In this document: positions 24,924-35,341 of the stretch, piece after piece | Numbering within the stretch: position 1 is the first letter of the stretch | Layout of the letters: every line of letters begins with the position of its first letter | DNA from: a virus | Taxonomy: Duplodnaviria; Caudoviricetes | IMG/VR virus record: IMGVR_UViG_3300031965_000051 | Span: 1-47,245 of that record | Direction: 5' to 3' (one strand) | Length of the DNA stretch: 47,245 bases | Position numbers and translations under genes: made by a program | Notes under the pieces: model-generated | The model's database searches: none | What the model was told of the DNA's origin: nothing | Seen by the model: the letters and a program-made list of their open reading frames with translations, nothing else

Positions 24924-26276
24924 TTGGCGCGCAAAAAGACCCCACCGAAACCACCCGCGTGCGAGTCGCCGACCCGCACCGTCCCCCTCTCGGCGCTCAC
25001 GCCCGACCCCGACAACCCGCGCACCCACGACGCCCGCAACCTTCAGATCATCACCGAGAGCCTCAGGCGATTCGGCCAGGTCGAGGCGCTTGTGGTGCAA
25101 GGGGACACGCTTCGCGTGATCGGCGGCAACGGCCGGCTGGAGGCGATGCGCAGCCTGGGCTGGACCGAGTGCGAGGTCCGCGAGGTGGCGGTCGACGACC
25201 ACGAGGCGAAGGCCCTGGGCGCCGTCCTGAACCGCTCGGCCGAGACGGCCGGGTGGGACGCCGAGCGGCTCGCGGGCGTGCTCGACGAGCTGCGGTCCAT
25301 CGACTTCGACCTCGACCTGTTCGGGTTTTCCTACGACGAGATCGACGCGCTGATTGCTGGCGTGGACGAGGGGTCGGGGGTCGGGAACCTGGGTAGAGAA
25401 GAGACACCAAATGGTGCCGAGTCTGACACCGATCAGGGCCAGGCCGAGGATCCCGGCGCCCGAATCGACAAGGCGGCGGAGCTGCAGGCGAAGTGGAAGA
25501 CCGAGGTCGGCCAGCTTTGGCTGATCCGCTCGGGCAACTGCGACGGCGAACACCGGCTTTTGTGCGGCGATTCCAGCAACGCCAACGCGATTGAGCGCCT
25601 GATGGATGGCAAAAAGGCGAGCCTCTTCGCGACCGATCCGCCCTACGGGGTCGATTACTCGGCAACGAAAGACGGCATCCCACGGCCGGGCTTTTCTCAT
25701 CATCAGGAAGAACACGGCGACATGGCCGGCGACGACTTGCAGGACGAAAAACTCCAAGCCTTCCTCGAATCGGTCTTCCGCGCCTGCCTGTCGCATCTCG
25801 ATCACGCGGCTTGGTATCTCTGGCACGCCCACCTGACGCAGGGGTTCTTCGCCGCCGCCGCCGCCGCCGCAAATGTCGTGCTACATCGGCAGATTATTTG
25901 GGTGAAACCGGGATTCGTCCTGACCCGATCCGGCATGTACCACTGGCAGCACGAGCCCTGTTTCTATGGCTGGGTCCGTGGGCAGCAACCCAAGTGGCTG
26001 GGGTCGAAGTCGCAAACCAGCGTCTGGCAATTCCCGCGCGAGAAGGGCGCCGGGCACCCGACGCAGAAGCCGGTCGCCCTGTTCGCGACCCCCATCACCA
26101 ATCACCTCGACTTTGGCCAGATCGGCCTAGAACCGTTTAGCGGCAGCGGCACGCAGCTCGTCGCCGCCGAGCAGCTCGGCCGGCTGTGCTACGCCTGTGA
26201 GATCGAGCCGAAGTACGTCGCCGTCGCCCTGGAGCGCCTGGCCGGCATGGGCGTGGAGCCGCGCCTGGCCTCGTGA
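24924..26276 (+). CDS. ParB-like N-domain fused to an N6/N4 DNA methyltransferase
   Basis: PDNPRTH...IGGNGRL; TDPPY; HPTQKP; EPFSGSGT. Confidence 0.9.
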   Translation: MARKKTPPKPPACESPTRTVPLSALTPDPDNPRTHDARNLQIITESLRRFGQVEALVVQGDTLRVIGGNGRLEAMRSLGWTECEVREVAVDDHEAKALGAVLNRSAETAGWDAERLAGVLDELRSIDFDLDLFGFSYDEIDALIAGVDEGSGVGNLGREETPNGAESDTDQGQAEDPGARIDKAAELQAKWKTEVGQLWLIRSGNCDGEHRLLCGDSSNANAIERLMDGKKASLFATDPPYGVDYSATKDGIPRPGFSHHQEEHGDMAGDDLQDEKLQAFLESVFRACLSHLDHAAWYLWHAHLTQGFFAAAAAAANVVLHRQIIWVKPGFVLTRSGMYHWQHEPCFYGWVRGQQPKWLGSKSQTSVWQFPREKGAGHPTQKPVALFATPITNHLDFGQIGLEPFSGSGTQLVAAEQLGRLCYACEIEPKYVAVALERLAGMGVEPRLAS

Positions 26277-26306
26277 CCTTTCTCTGCGCCGACGCGACCT
26301 CTGCGG

Positions 26307-28277
26307 TTGGTAACCATTTCTATGGGATCGAGCCCCGCCCAGGAGCTGATGCGCGAGGTGGCCTGCGGGTGGGCGGTGCCCGAGCTCGTGCCGTCGGCCG
26401 TATGGATCCCGAAGCACGTCGTCTTCCCAAAGGCCGTCTCGGCGATGGACGGGCTGTGGGCCTCGGAGGTCTACCCCTACCTGACCGGTCCCCTGGAGGC
26501 GTTCGACGACGCAACGGTCGAGCGGATCACCCTCTGCTGCGCCACACGCACGGGCAAGACGTCGATCATGCAGGCGGAGGTCTGTTACATCGCCGCCAAC
26601 GACCCGGCCCCGGTGATGATCGTGGCGCCCGACGAACGCAAGGCGAAGGGCCTGTCGCGGCGGTTGCAGCTCGTCTTGGAGGCGACGCCGGCCACGTCCG
26701 ACCTGTTGCCGCCGCCCCGCTTCCGCAACTGGAGCGAGCTGAAGCTGGCCAACGGCATGATGATCTACTTCGCGTGGTCCGGCAGCGCGACCACCCTGGG
26801 GGACCGGGCGATCAAGTACGCCTTCGCGGTCGAGATCGACAAATACACCCGGAACGCCAGCCTGGAGGCCGACCCCTTGGAGTTGGCCGAGGAGCGGGTC
26901 AAAGGCTACCCCGGCAGCAAATTCTGCGAAGATTCGACGCCGACGATCCTGGGCAGGTCACGGATCTGGGGCTCGTACCTCGACAGCGACCAGCGCAGAT
27001 ACTTCGTGCCGTGCCCGCACTGCGGCGAGATGCAGGTCCTCGAAATGGGCCGCGAGACTCCCGGGGGCCGCTTCGGCCTGGTGTTCCAGGGCGACAACCC
27101 CAACGCGGTGCGTCACAGCACCCGCTACGTGTGCCGGTTCTGCTTCCGGACCATCGAACCGTTCGACCGGCCGGCGATGCTGAAAAACGGCGTCTGGACT
27201 CCCCTCACCCCACACCCCTCACCCCACACCCCGCACGTCGGCTTCCAGTTGTCGTCGCACTACGCGACGCTCACGACCTGGGGGCAGGTCGCGGCCAAGT
27301 TCGTGCGGGCGAAGGGTCAGCCCGCTCGTCTCCAAAACTTCATCAACGCTTGGCTGTCGGAGCCGTGGAGCCTGTCGAAGAAACAGACGACGGCCCAGGA
27401 GGTCGCGGAGCGATTGGGCGTGCCGATCCCGGCCGGCGTGGTGCCCGACGACGCGGTGTTTCTGACCGCCGGCGTCGACCTTCAGCCGATCCAGGGCCTG
27501 TTCGTGTGGCTGGTGATGGCGTGGGGCGCTACGGGCCGGTGTTGGATCATCGACTATGGGATCAGCGACAGCTTCGAGGCCCTCGAAGAGGACGTTGTCA
27601 ACATCCGCTACGAGACCGCCGACCGAAAGAAATCGTTCCCGATCGCACTGGCGCTGGTCGACTCGGGTTTCATGCCCGACCCGGTGATCCGCTGGTGCGC
27701 CAAGCCGGGCATTCTGGGTCGCGTCGTCCCGCTGAAGGGGACCGGCGACTTGACCACCGGCAGGCCCTATGAGCTCAGGCCCTATCACCAGACGAAAGGC
27801 GCCAACCGGTTGCAGCGGGCGATCCGCGAGGCCCGCGGGCTCAACCTGGCCCTGGTGAGCCGTGACTTTTTCGAGAGTTGGCTCCAGGACCGCCTCGAAA
27901 ACAAGAAGGCCGGCGATCCTGGGGCGCTGCACCTCTGCCGCGAGGCGGCGGTCGATGGCGACTTCCTCGACCAGCTCTTAAACGGCGCGCTCGTTTTGGA
28001 GCAAGACACGAAACGGGGCCGCGACAAATACGTCTGGCAACGGGTCCGGCTGCACGACCCCGACGACTATCGGGCTGCCTGCCGCTACGGCGCTGCCGCC
28101 GCCGAGGTGCGCGTCCGCGGCCGATGGCACCGCGTCGGCCGGAAGCGGTCAGAGACGCCGACGAGGCCCGCGCCGGCGTCAACCGGCGATCGGCGTGCTG
28201 ATGGGGGTCGGGGGTCGGTCGATGGGGGTCGGGGATCGGGGGTCGGGCTACCGGCTTCAGGCTCCGGGCGCCTGTAG
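26307..28277 (+). CDS. terL: Terminase large subunit (lambda GpA family)
   Basis: TRTGKTS Walker A, STPT, SDQRRYFVPCPHCG, LTAGVDLQ, VDSG. Confidence 0.93.
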   Translation: MVTISMGSSPAQELMREVACGWAVPELVPSAVWIPKHVVFPKAVSAMDGLWASEVYPYLTGPLEAFDDATVERITLCCATRTGKTSIMQAEVCYIAANDPAPVMIVAPDERKAKGLSRRLQLVLEATPATSDLLPPPRFRNWSELKLANGMMIYFAWSGSATTLGDRAIKYAFAVEIDKYTRNASLEADPLELAEERVKGYPGSKFCEDSTPTILGRSRIWGSYLDSDQRRYFVPCPHCGEMQVLEMGRETPGGRFGLVFQGDNPNAVRHSTRYVCRFCFRTIEPFDRPAMLKNGVWTPLTPHPSPHTPHVGFQLSSHYATLTTWGQVAAKFVRAKGQPARLQNFINAWLSEPWSLSKKQTTAQEVAERLGVPIPAGVVPDDAVFLTAGVDLQPIQGLFVWLVMAWGATGRCWIIDYGISDSFEALEEDVVNIRYETADRKKSFPIALALVDSGFMPDPVIRWCAKPGILGRVVPLKGTGDLTTGRPYELRPYHQTKGANRLQRAIREARGLNLALVSRDFFESWLQDRLENKKAGDPGALHLCREAAVDGDFLDQLLNGALVLEQDTKRGRDKYVWQRVRLHDPDDYRAACRYGAAAAEVRVRGRWHRVGRKRSETPTRPAPASTGDRRADGGRGSVDGGRGSGVGLPASGSGRL

Positions 28278-28310
28278 CCCGTTTTCCCGTAGCCCGCTTT
28301 CACGGCAAGG

Positions 28311-28523
28311 ATGCCATTTAGCATGACGCACGGTTCGCGCTGCCCGAATTGCGGCTCCATCATCGGCGTCTACTCGACGCGCGTCGAGGGCGACGTGCGG
28401 ATCCGTTACTTGGGGTGCTCGTGCGGGTTCAAACCGCGCCAAAACAAGGTCGTCGTCCCCATTCGATTCGCCCCGGAACGCGCCGGCCGACCGCTGGAAG
28501 CCCTCGACGGCGGGCGACGATAG
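28311..28523 (+). CDS. Ogr/Delta-like Zn-finger (candidate late activator)
   Basis: CPNCGS...YSTR...RIRYLGCSCGF. Confidence 0.6.
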   Translation: MPFSMTHGSRCPNCGSIIGVYSTRVEGDVRIRYLGCSCGFKPRQNKVVVPIRFAPERAGRPLEALDGGRR

Positions 28524-28535
28524 GAGTTTGATGCG

Positions 28536-28781
28536 ATGCACTGGTCTGACGGCGACCTCTTGGGATACCTGAAGGAGTTCCGGGACGCCTACAGTTGGGT
28601 CAGCCGCGAGTTTCAAGACGGTCGCCGGGCGAGCAATTCAGAAATCCGACGATGGATCGTCAGCGGCGCCGTCGTCTTGAACGGCCGAGTGGTCCGCGAT
28701 CCGTGCCATCCGATGCGAGACGAGGCGCCCATCGAGTCATTAGTCCTGTTCCCGAAGGGCAGAATGACCACGATTTTGTAG
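28536..28781 (+). CDS. Stand-alone S4-like RNA-binding domain protein
   Basis: SNSEIRRWIVSGAVVLNGRVVRDP resembles the S4 motif. Confidence 0.6.
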   Translation: MHWSDGDLLGYLKEFRDAYSWVSREFQDGRRASNSEIRRWIVSGAVVLNGRVVRDPCHPMRDEAPIESLVLFPKGRMTTIL

Positions 28782-28995
28782 TACTAGCGATGAAACGCAA
28801 AGATGGGCAAACTAACCACGATCGGGAGGCTTCACGGATGGGCCTATTTCGATCAAAAAGGTGGGCTTCCGAAAAACAGACTACGGGCTACCGGCTCCAG
28901 GCGCCCGCAGCCCGTCTGCCCGCAGCCTGATCGCCGCTTTTTGCTACCCATAGCAAACCGCCGCTGACCTCTCCGCGTCACTTCCCTACCCTCGG

Positions 28996-29256
28996 ATGAT
29001 GGCCGTCTGGTTGTACTCGAGCTGGATCACCGAGACGGACGCTTCGACCCGGCTTGAGCAGCTCCGGTTGCACATCGCCGAGGTCAGCCAGCACGTCTTC
29101 GACAACGAGAGTCGCTCTCGCAAGGTCGGCGCCGTCAGCGAGCGCTATCTCGGCGACCTGATGAAGAAGGAAGCCGAGCTCGAGGTGAAGGTCAACCAAG
29201 CCGTGAACCGCCGCGTCGGAATCAACAAGGTCAAGTTTGCTGACCCGACCCCCTAA
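28996..29256 (+). CDS. Head completion protein (gpW position)
   Basis: Small helical ORF abutting the portal gene. Confidence 0.55.
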   Translation: MMAVWLYSSWITETDASTRLEQLRLHIAEVSQHVFDNESRSRKVGAVSERYLGDLMKKEAELEVKVNQAVNRRVGINKVKFADPTP

Positions 29257-30726
29257 ATGGCAACCCTCGCCAGCAACACGATCGAGTTCGGCCTCGGCGT
29301 CCCGCCCGAGCCTCGCCGCCGGCATCGGTATCTGGGCCAGACCTCGATCGAATCGGTCCGGAATCACCGCCTCGCCAAGCGCCGCGTGCTGTACGGCGGA
29401 ACGGAAGATGAACATTACGACCCGCAGACCTACTTCCAGTTGCGCGAGATCGGGCTGTCGCTCTACCGGAACAACGGCCTCGTGCGCGGGATGATCGATC
29501 GCGGCGTCGAAAACGTGGTCGGGCCGGACGGCTATACCTACGTCCCGATGAGCGGCGACGAGGGGCTCAACCGCGCGATGGCCGACTATTGGGAGGAGTG
29601 GTCGGATTCCGACGCCGACCGCACGGGACGAGTGCACCTGACCGACCTGCTGGCCGCCGCCGAGCGGGGCGAATGGACCGCCGGCGACAACTTCTTTTTC
29701 CTCGACGAGGTGGGGATCCACGGCCGTGGCTCGCTGATCCTGATCGACGGCGGCCGCTGCGTCACCCCGACGAACGACGAGAAACGCGTCGTCAACGGGA
29801 TCCGCCTCTCAGAGCACGGCGAGCCGACCGCCTATTTCTTCGCCAACGACGTGCCGCAGAGCGCCTACGTATCGGCGAGCGAGGGACGGTTCTATCCCGC
29901 GAGCCAGGTGATTCACAACTGCCACTTGGCGGTTTTCGCCGGCCAAACGCGTGGCATTCCTGTATTTTGTGCGAGCGTTCGCGATTTGGACGACCTCGAC
30001 GCCTTGATCGTCGCCACCCGCGTGGCCGCCCGGATCGCCGCCGACAACGGATTCTTCATCACGAAGGAATTAGATCCCGAAGCCTACGCGATGGCGGTCG
30101 CCGAGACCTATCCCGACGATCAAGACCGGGCGAACTCCGAGCCCCCCGTCGAGCGGCTCGAAAACGGCCTCGTCCGCTACCTGAAGGTCGGCGAAAAGAT
30201 GGAGTCCGTCGGCAGCGCCCACCCGGCCCCTCAGCTCGAATCGTTTATCAAACTGCTCGTGCGGATGATCGGCGTCGCCGTCGGCGAGCCCATCGAGATC
30301 TCGCTGATGGACGCCACCGAGACGAACCTGTCGTCGATGCGGCTTGTTTTGGAACAGGCTTATCGATCCTTTCGCTGTCATCAGCACAGAAATGTGCGGA
30401 ACCTCCGGAAGTTCAATCGGTTCGCCTTCGGCATCGCGATCCGCGAGAAGCTGCTGCCTGACAAGCCGGAGGTCTACTCGCACGCTTGGACGCCGAACGC
30501 CTGGCCCTTCTTTGACATCCTGAAGGAGAGCCGGGCACGGCTCGATCTGCTGGCCGCCGGACTCACGAGCGTGTCGCAAATCCTCGGCGAAGAGGGACGC
30601 ACCCTCGACAAGGTGCTGGCGGAGCAGAAGAGCGATCGTGAGAAGTTCGCGGCCGCCGGCCTGCCGTACCCGACATTCGAACCGACGACCCCGAAGAGCA
30701 CGGCCACCTCGAACGTGACGCAATGA
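29257..30726 (+). CDS. Portal protein, lambda family
   Basis: LYRNNGLVRG...NVVG.G, VNGIRL...GEPTAY, GQTRGIP, NLSSMR. Confidence 0.92.
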   Translation: MATLASNTIEFGLGVPPEPRRRHRYLGQTSIESVRNHRLAKRRVLYGGTEDEHYDPQTYFQLREIGLSLYRNNGLVRGMIDRGVENVVGPDGYTYVPMSGDEGLNRAMADYWEEWSDSDADRTGRVHLTDLLAAAERGEWTAGDNFFFLDEVGIHGRGSLILIDGGRCVTPTNDEKRVVNGIRLSEHGEPTAYFFANDVPQSAYVSASEGRFYPASQVIHNCHLAVFAGQTRGIPVFCASVRDLDDLDALIVATRVAARIAADNGFFITKELDPEAYAMAVAETYPDDQDRANSEPPVERLENGLVRYLKVGEKMESVGSAHPAPQLESFIKLLVRMIGVAVGEPIEISLMDATETNLSSMRLVLEQAYRSFRCHQHRNVRNLRKFNRFAFGIAIREKLLPDKPEVYSHAWTPNAWPFFDILKESRARLDLLAAGLTSVSQILGEEGRTLDKVLAEQKSDREKFAAAGLPYPTFEPTTPKSTATSNVTQ

Positions 30727-31913
30727 CGACGACCGCCATCAAGATCGAGCTGCGCCCGCCCGAGTTCCGGGTCGTCGCCCAGGGCGTCGAGATTCTGCTG
30801 TTTGACGACGTCGGCTTCACGGGCACAACCGCGAAGGCGTTCGTCGAGTCGATGCAGGGCCTCGACCCCGACAGCGAGATCACGCTGCGGATCAACTCGC
30901 CCGGCGGCAACGTCTTCCACGCGCTGGCGATCTACAACGCCCTGAAGCGCCACCCTGGCCGGGTGGTCGCCCGCGTCGAGGGGTTGGCCGCCTCCAGCGC
31001 GTCGCTGATCGCGATGGCCGGCGAGCGGATCGAGATGGCCGAGGCGGCGATGCTGATGATCCACGAGCCGGTCTTCGGCGTCCTCGGCGACGCCGACGAC
31101 ATGAAGCGAACGCACAAGCTCTTGGACCAGATCGCCTCAACACTGGCGGATATCTACGCCGCGCGGAGCGGCCAGAGCGTCGCCAAGGTCCGGCGATGGA
31201 TGAAAGACGAAACCTGGTTCTCGGCGTCCGAGGCGGTCGAAGCCGGCCTGGCGTCGGGCACCGTCGAAGGCCTTGCGGTCGCGGCACGGCTCGACCCGGC
31301 GCGTTACGAACATACACCTCCCCATTTGAAGGAGATTCTTGCGATGGCTGACGCCTCGAAAGTGGAACCGAAAGACCACGCGACCGTCGACGTGAATCTG
31401 AACGTCTCGGCCGACCAGAAACCCTCGCCGGCCGCTTTCGCGACCGTCCTCGAACCGATCAAGATGTCGGCCGCGGAGTTCGCGACGCGCCAACCCGAAG
31501 AGGCTCAAAAACTGACCGACGCGGCCACGAAGACCGAGCGCGATCGGGTCGCCGCGATCACGGCCGCGTTCAAAGACGACGGCGAGTTCCTGACGACGGC
31601 CGTCAGCGAGGGCTGGTCGGTGGACAAGGCCAAGGCCGAGCACCACGACGTGCTGGCCGCCAAGCTTGCGGAGTCGGAGAAGGAGAAGGCCAACCTCGTC
31701 GCCGCCGGCAACGTCCCCGGGTTTGCACCGAGCGACGGCGGGTCGGCGTCGCCCGAAGCCGACAAGTATCGGCACGAGTACCGCGCCAACGCGGCGATCT
31801 ACGCCCGCATGGGGGTCACCGAGGAGCAGTTCATCCGCAGCCGCAAGATCACCGATGGCTCGGAGGTCCTCGCGGTGGGCAATCCGCTGGCCCCGACAGC
31901 CAACGGCAAGTAG
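30723..31913 (+). CDS. ClpP-type head maturation protease with scaffold C-terminus
   Basis: LRINSPGG, GLAASSAS, LMIHEP, ETWFSASEAVEAG. Confidence 0.93.
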   Translation: MTTTAIKIELRPPEFRVVAQGVEILLFDDVGFTGTTAKAFVESMQGLDPDSEITLRINSPGGNVFHALAIYNALKRHPGRVVARVEGLAASSASLIAMAGERIEMAEAAMLMIHEPVFGVLGDADDMKRTHKLLDQIASTLADIYAARSGQSVAKVRRWMKDETWFSASEAVEAGLASGTVEGLAVAARLDPARYEHTPPHLKEILAMADASKVEPKDHATVDVNLNVSADQKPSPAAFATVLEPIKMSAAEFATRQPEEAQKLTDAATKTERDRVAAITAAFKDDGEFLTTAVSEGWSVDKAKAEHHDVLAAKLAESEKEKANLVAAGNVPGFAPSDGGSASPEADKYRHEYRANAAIYARMGVTEEQFIRSRKITDGSEVLAVGNPLAPTANGK

Positions 31914-31969
31914 CGAGTTGAGCCGCCCTCAACTCTCCAATTCAACTCTCAACCTTCACGGAGTCAAAC

Positions 31970-32527
31970 ATGGCTGTCACCGCCAATCAACTGATCAAGC
32001 GGCAAGAGGGGATGAAGCAGTCGGTCCCCGTGCTCACCGCCATCCACATCTTCCAGGGCACGATGGTTTTCGTGACCGCGGCCGGCTTCGCGACCGACGT
32101 CGACGCCCTCGGGGCGAACAAGTTCGTGGGCATTGCCATCGGCGAGGCCGACAACACCGGCGGCGCCTCCGGGGACATCGAGGTCGAGGTTTGGGAGCAG
32201 GGCGAGTTCGAGCTCGTCGGCAGCGGCTTCGTTCAAGACGACGTTGGCAGCGTCATCTACGCCAGCGACAACTTCACGATCACGCTGACGGCCGACGGCA
32301 ACACGGTCATCGGCGTCGCCACGCGGTTCGTTTCTTCGACGGTCCTCGTCGTGCGAATCAACCCGCTCGCGCTGGCAAAACCGCTGACGTACGCGGTGAC
32401 GAACTGGACGACCGATCGCGCCATGGACTGCAACGCGGCCGCCGACGCCGAGATCTGCGACGTGCTCGGCACGCTGATCGGCGACCTGATCGCCGCAGGC
32501 ATCCTGAACGGAACCGTCGCCGCGTAA
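31970..32527 (+). CDS. Head decoration/capsid cement protein
   Basis: FVGIA...DNTGGASGD...V...G.F pattern; lies between protease and capsid. Confidence 0.7.
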   Translation: MAVTANQLIKRQEGMKQSVPVLTAIHIFQGTMVFVTAAGFATDVDALGANKFVGIAIGEADNTGGASGDIEVEVWEQGEFELVGSGFVQDDVGSVIYASDNFTITLTADGNTVIGVATRFVSSTVLVVRINPLALAKPLTYAVTNWTTDRAMDCNAAADAEICDVLGTLIGDLIAAGILNGTVAA

Positions 32528-32618
32528 CTTGCTGCAAACGACGAGTTGAGGGTCGGCATCGACCGGCCCTCAACTCTCAACTTCCAACTCTCAACTATTC
32601 CCGCGACAGGAGGTCGCA

Positions 32619-33542
32619 ATGCCCCTCAACACCGCCAAGGCCCTCGTGACCCTCAATGGTCTGACGGCCAAGTTCGACAACCGCGTGGCCGCGGCGACCC
32701 CGTTCTACCCACGGATCTCGACGGTGTTCCCGTCGAACCGGCTGACCGAGGATTACGCCTTCCTCGGCAACATGCCGGGGGTGCGCGAGTGGGACGGGGA
32801 CCGTCAGTTCAAAGAGCTGCGTGGCGCCCGCTTCGCGATCGAGAACAAGCACTGGGAGTCGTCGCTGGCGATCAAGAAGACCGACATCGACGATGACAAC
32901 CTCGGCCTCTACGGCCCGCTGATGGAGGCCCTGGCCGACGAAGCCAGCTACCATCCCGACGAGCTTCTCTTCGAGACCCTCGTCGCCGGTGACGGCGCCG
33001 CCTGTTTCGACGGGCAGTTTTTCTACGACACCGATCACGTCTGGGGCGACTCCGGCAGTCAGTCGAATGATCTCACCTCGACGGTCGTCCTGAACACCGC
33101 GGTCACCGCAGCCGAGTTCCGCGCCAGCTACCACCAGGCCCGCGAAGCGATGCTGAACTTCAGCCGCGACAACGGCAAGCTCTTTCACCGCCCCACGATC
33201 GGCAACATGTCGGACCTGATGATCCTGGTGCCGACCGAGTTGGAGCTCGCGGCCCACGAGGCGATCCGCTCGATTGTGTTGGCGAACAACACGAACATCG
33301 TGTTGGATTCGCCCAGCATCGTCACCAGCGCCCATCTGACGACCGCCACGGAGTGGTATCTGTTCCACCTCGGCGGCGTCTTAAAACCGTTCGTCTTCCA
33401 GAATCGCGAGCCGATCATGCGCCAGATGAAAGGCGAGGACGATCTGGAGTTCAAGGACGTGAAGTTCATGACCGAGGCCCGCTACAACGTCGGCTATCTG
33501 GCGTGGTGGTCCGCCGTCCTGACGACCTTCGCGACCGCGTAA
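32619..33542 (+). CDS. Major capsid protein, Mu gpT-like
   Basis: YAFLGNMPGVREW.GDR, DIDDDNLGLY, HPDEL, CFDGQFFYDTDH, KPFVFQ.R, RYNVGY. Confidence 0.92.
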   Translation: MPLNTAKALVTLNGLTAKFDNRVAAATPFYPRISTVFPSNRLTEDYAFLGNMPGVREWDGDRQFKELRGARFAIENKHWESSLAIKKTDIDDDNLGLYGPLMEALADEASYHPDELLFETLVAGDGAACFDGQFFYDTDHVWGDSGSQSNDLTSTVVLNTAVTAAEFRASYHQAREAMLNFSRDNGKLFHRPTIGNMSDLMILVPTELELAAHEAIRSIVLANNTNIVLDSPSIVTSAHLTTATEWYLFHLGGVLKPFVFQNREPIMRQMKGEDDLEFKDVKFMTEARYNVGYLAWWSAVLTTFATA

Positions 33543-33631
33543 GCCGAGTCGAGTGAATGATCGAACGCACACGCCGGGTCGGTAGCAGCGGCCCGGCGTG
33601 TCGCGAGGGAATTTTTGCGAGAGGACCCAAC

Positions 33632-34060
33632 ATGCCCCGAGTCATGCTCAAGGCCAATTGGCCGGGCGTCTTTCACCGCACGGTCAATCGCCACGCGAGC
33701 GGCGCGCCGGCGAAGATCATCGCCTTCGCGCCCGGCAAACCGCAGCACGTGGCCGACGACGAGATGGCGGCGTTGAAAGACGCCCTCGGCGTCAACCTGA
33801 TGGTGTTGGACGAGGAAATCCGAGTGCCCAGCCCGCGCCAACAAGACGCTCTCCTCGAGCGCCAGCGAGCCGACCCGCCTCCGACGATCGAGCCGGTCGA
33901 GGTCCAAACCGACGAGCCACCGCCTCCCGCGAGCGCGCCGCCGGCCGAGGCGACGCCGAAACCCGAACCGCCGCCGGTCGAACCGGCGCCGAAGCCGGTC
34001 GGGTCCGGTGGCCGGCAGAAGGCCAGCGACCGGGCGAAGGAAGCAGAACCCGAAAGCTGA
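33632..34060 (+). CDS. Hypothetical protein with Pro/Glu-rich tail
   Basis: GAGGA SD; post-capsid position. Confidence 0.6.
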   Translation: MPRVMLKANWPGVFHRTVNRHASGAPAKIIAFAPGKPQHVADDEMAALKDALGVNLMVLDEEIRVPSPRQQDALLERQRADPPPTIEPVEVQTDEPPPPASAPPAEATPKPEPPPVEPAPKPVGSGGRQKASDRAKEAEPES

Positions 34061-34162
34061 TCGCCAAAGACTCTTTCCGCCGCGGGGCGGGGCGGAAAAC
34101 CACAGGTCCCTAGTGGCCACGGGAAGCCGCCTCCGCCCCGTTTTATCCGGAGCGACGCGACC

Positions 34163-34519
34163 TTGGCCTTCGCCGACGAAATCGACCTGCAACTGCGTGA
34201 TCTGCTGTCGGCCGACAGCGGACTGGCCGTCAGCGCCACCCGCTACGTGGCCGGCGACGTGAACGAGGCCGAGACGCACCAGGTCCTCTGGCACCCCGAC
34301 GAGGCCCCCGGCCGGGAATTCGATGCCGGCGACCGCGTGGTGCACCACAGCGTCTTGGAGGTGTCGAGCGCCGCGAGCCTGTCGATCGACGACACCTGGC
34401 TCATCGCCGGCCGGACCTGGCAAACCGAATCGGTCGAGGACGTCACCGGCGGCCTGATCGCCGTCCACGTGAAGCGGACCGAAAAGCGAACGACGAAACG
34501 CACGCGGGTGAAAGCGTAA
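34163..34519 (+). CDS. Head-tail connector-like protein
   Basis: 118 aa, beta-rich (DTWLIAGRTWQTESV); synteny. Confidence 0.6.
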   Translation: MAFADEIDLQLRDLLSADSGLAVSATRYVAGDVNEAETHQVLWHPDEAPGREFDAGDRVVHHSVLEVSSAASLSIDDTWLIAGRTWQTESVEDVTGGLIAVHVKRTEKRTTKRTRVKA

Positions 34520-34523
34520 AAAC

Positions 34524-34691
34524 TCACCGCAGAGGGCGCAGAGAACGCGGAGAAAGAGGGGGGTGAACAAGAAATGGCTCATGGGGTGAACAAGCCTATG
34601 TTTCCAGGGGTTTCAGGGGGGTAACAAGTCCGGCGGAAAACCCCACTGATTTTCTTCTTTTTCTCTGCGTCCTCCGCGATCTCTGCGGTGA
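34524..34691. repeat. Imperfect inverted-repeat element (CACCGCAGAG...CTCTGCGGTG) with an AT-richer core
   Basis: Roughly 30-bp arms built from 9-mer CGCAGAG units; intergenic. Confidence 0.7.
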
Positions 34692-34715
34692 AAACCTTGT
34701 CGGCGAGAACCTTCG

Positions 34716-35219
34716 ATGTCCGGCCCCCTGCAAGGTCCGAAAGACGCCTCGGCCGAGATCCTCGCGGCGGTGGCGGCGGTGCGGACCTTCCTGGGCGTGC
34801 CAAACGCGACCGAGGCCGACGAGCGGATCCATCGGCCGGTGGCCGACGACCGGGTCGACGCCGGCGGCAACCTGATCCACCCGCGGCCGCGAATCATCAT
34901 TGCCCAGGGCCCGACCCTCACGCGGACGAAGATCGGCACCACGACGTTCGCCTCGGAGGGGGGCACGCTCTTTTGGTCGTTTGAGAAGGACGTTTCGGAC
35001 CCTGACGACCTGCGGGCGAGCCTGGCGGCGTTCGAGGCCGAGCTCGACGCGATCTGGGCGGGCGTCGAGGCCATCGCCGGCATCGGCACGGCGCCCTCGG
35101 GCAACAGCTACATGAACGTCGAGGGCTTCGACCTGGCCGCCGGACCGGGGACCACCGACCCCGAAGAGGAAGACGGCGAGCTGTTCCACGGCGCGATGTT
35201 CCTCGTCGAGTGGCGGTGA
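34716..35219 (+). CDS. Tail terminator/neck-like protein
   Basis: Acidic 167 aa in the neck region; synteny only. Confidence 0.55.
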   Translation: MSGPLQGPKDASAEILAAVAAVRTFLGVPNATEADERIHRPVADDRVDAGGNLIHPRPRIIIAQGPTLTRTKIGTTTFASEGGTLFWSFEKDVSDPDDLRASLAAFEAELDAIWAGVEAIAGIGTAPSGNSYMNVEGFDLAAGPGTTDPEEEDGELFHGAMFLVEWR

Positions 35220-35341
35220 TGACGGGGGTTCGGGCTACGGGAAGACAGGCTACAGGAAGATAAGCGCCCGAAACCCGAAACCCGTAGCCCATCTACCTGT
35301 AGCCGGTAGCCTGGCGCCCGTAGCCTGACTTGGAGCGCCGC

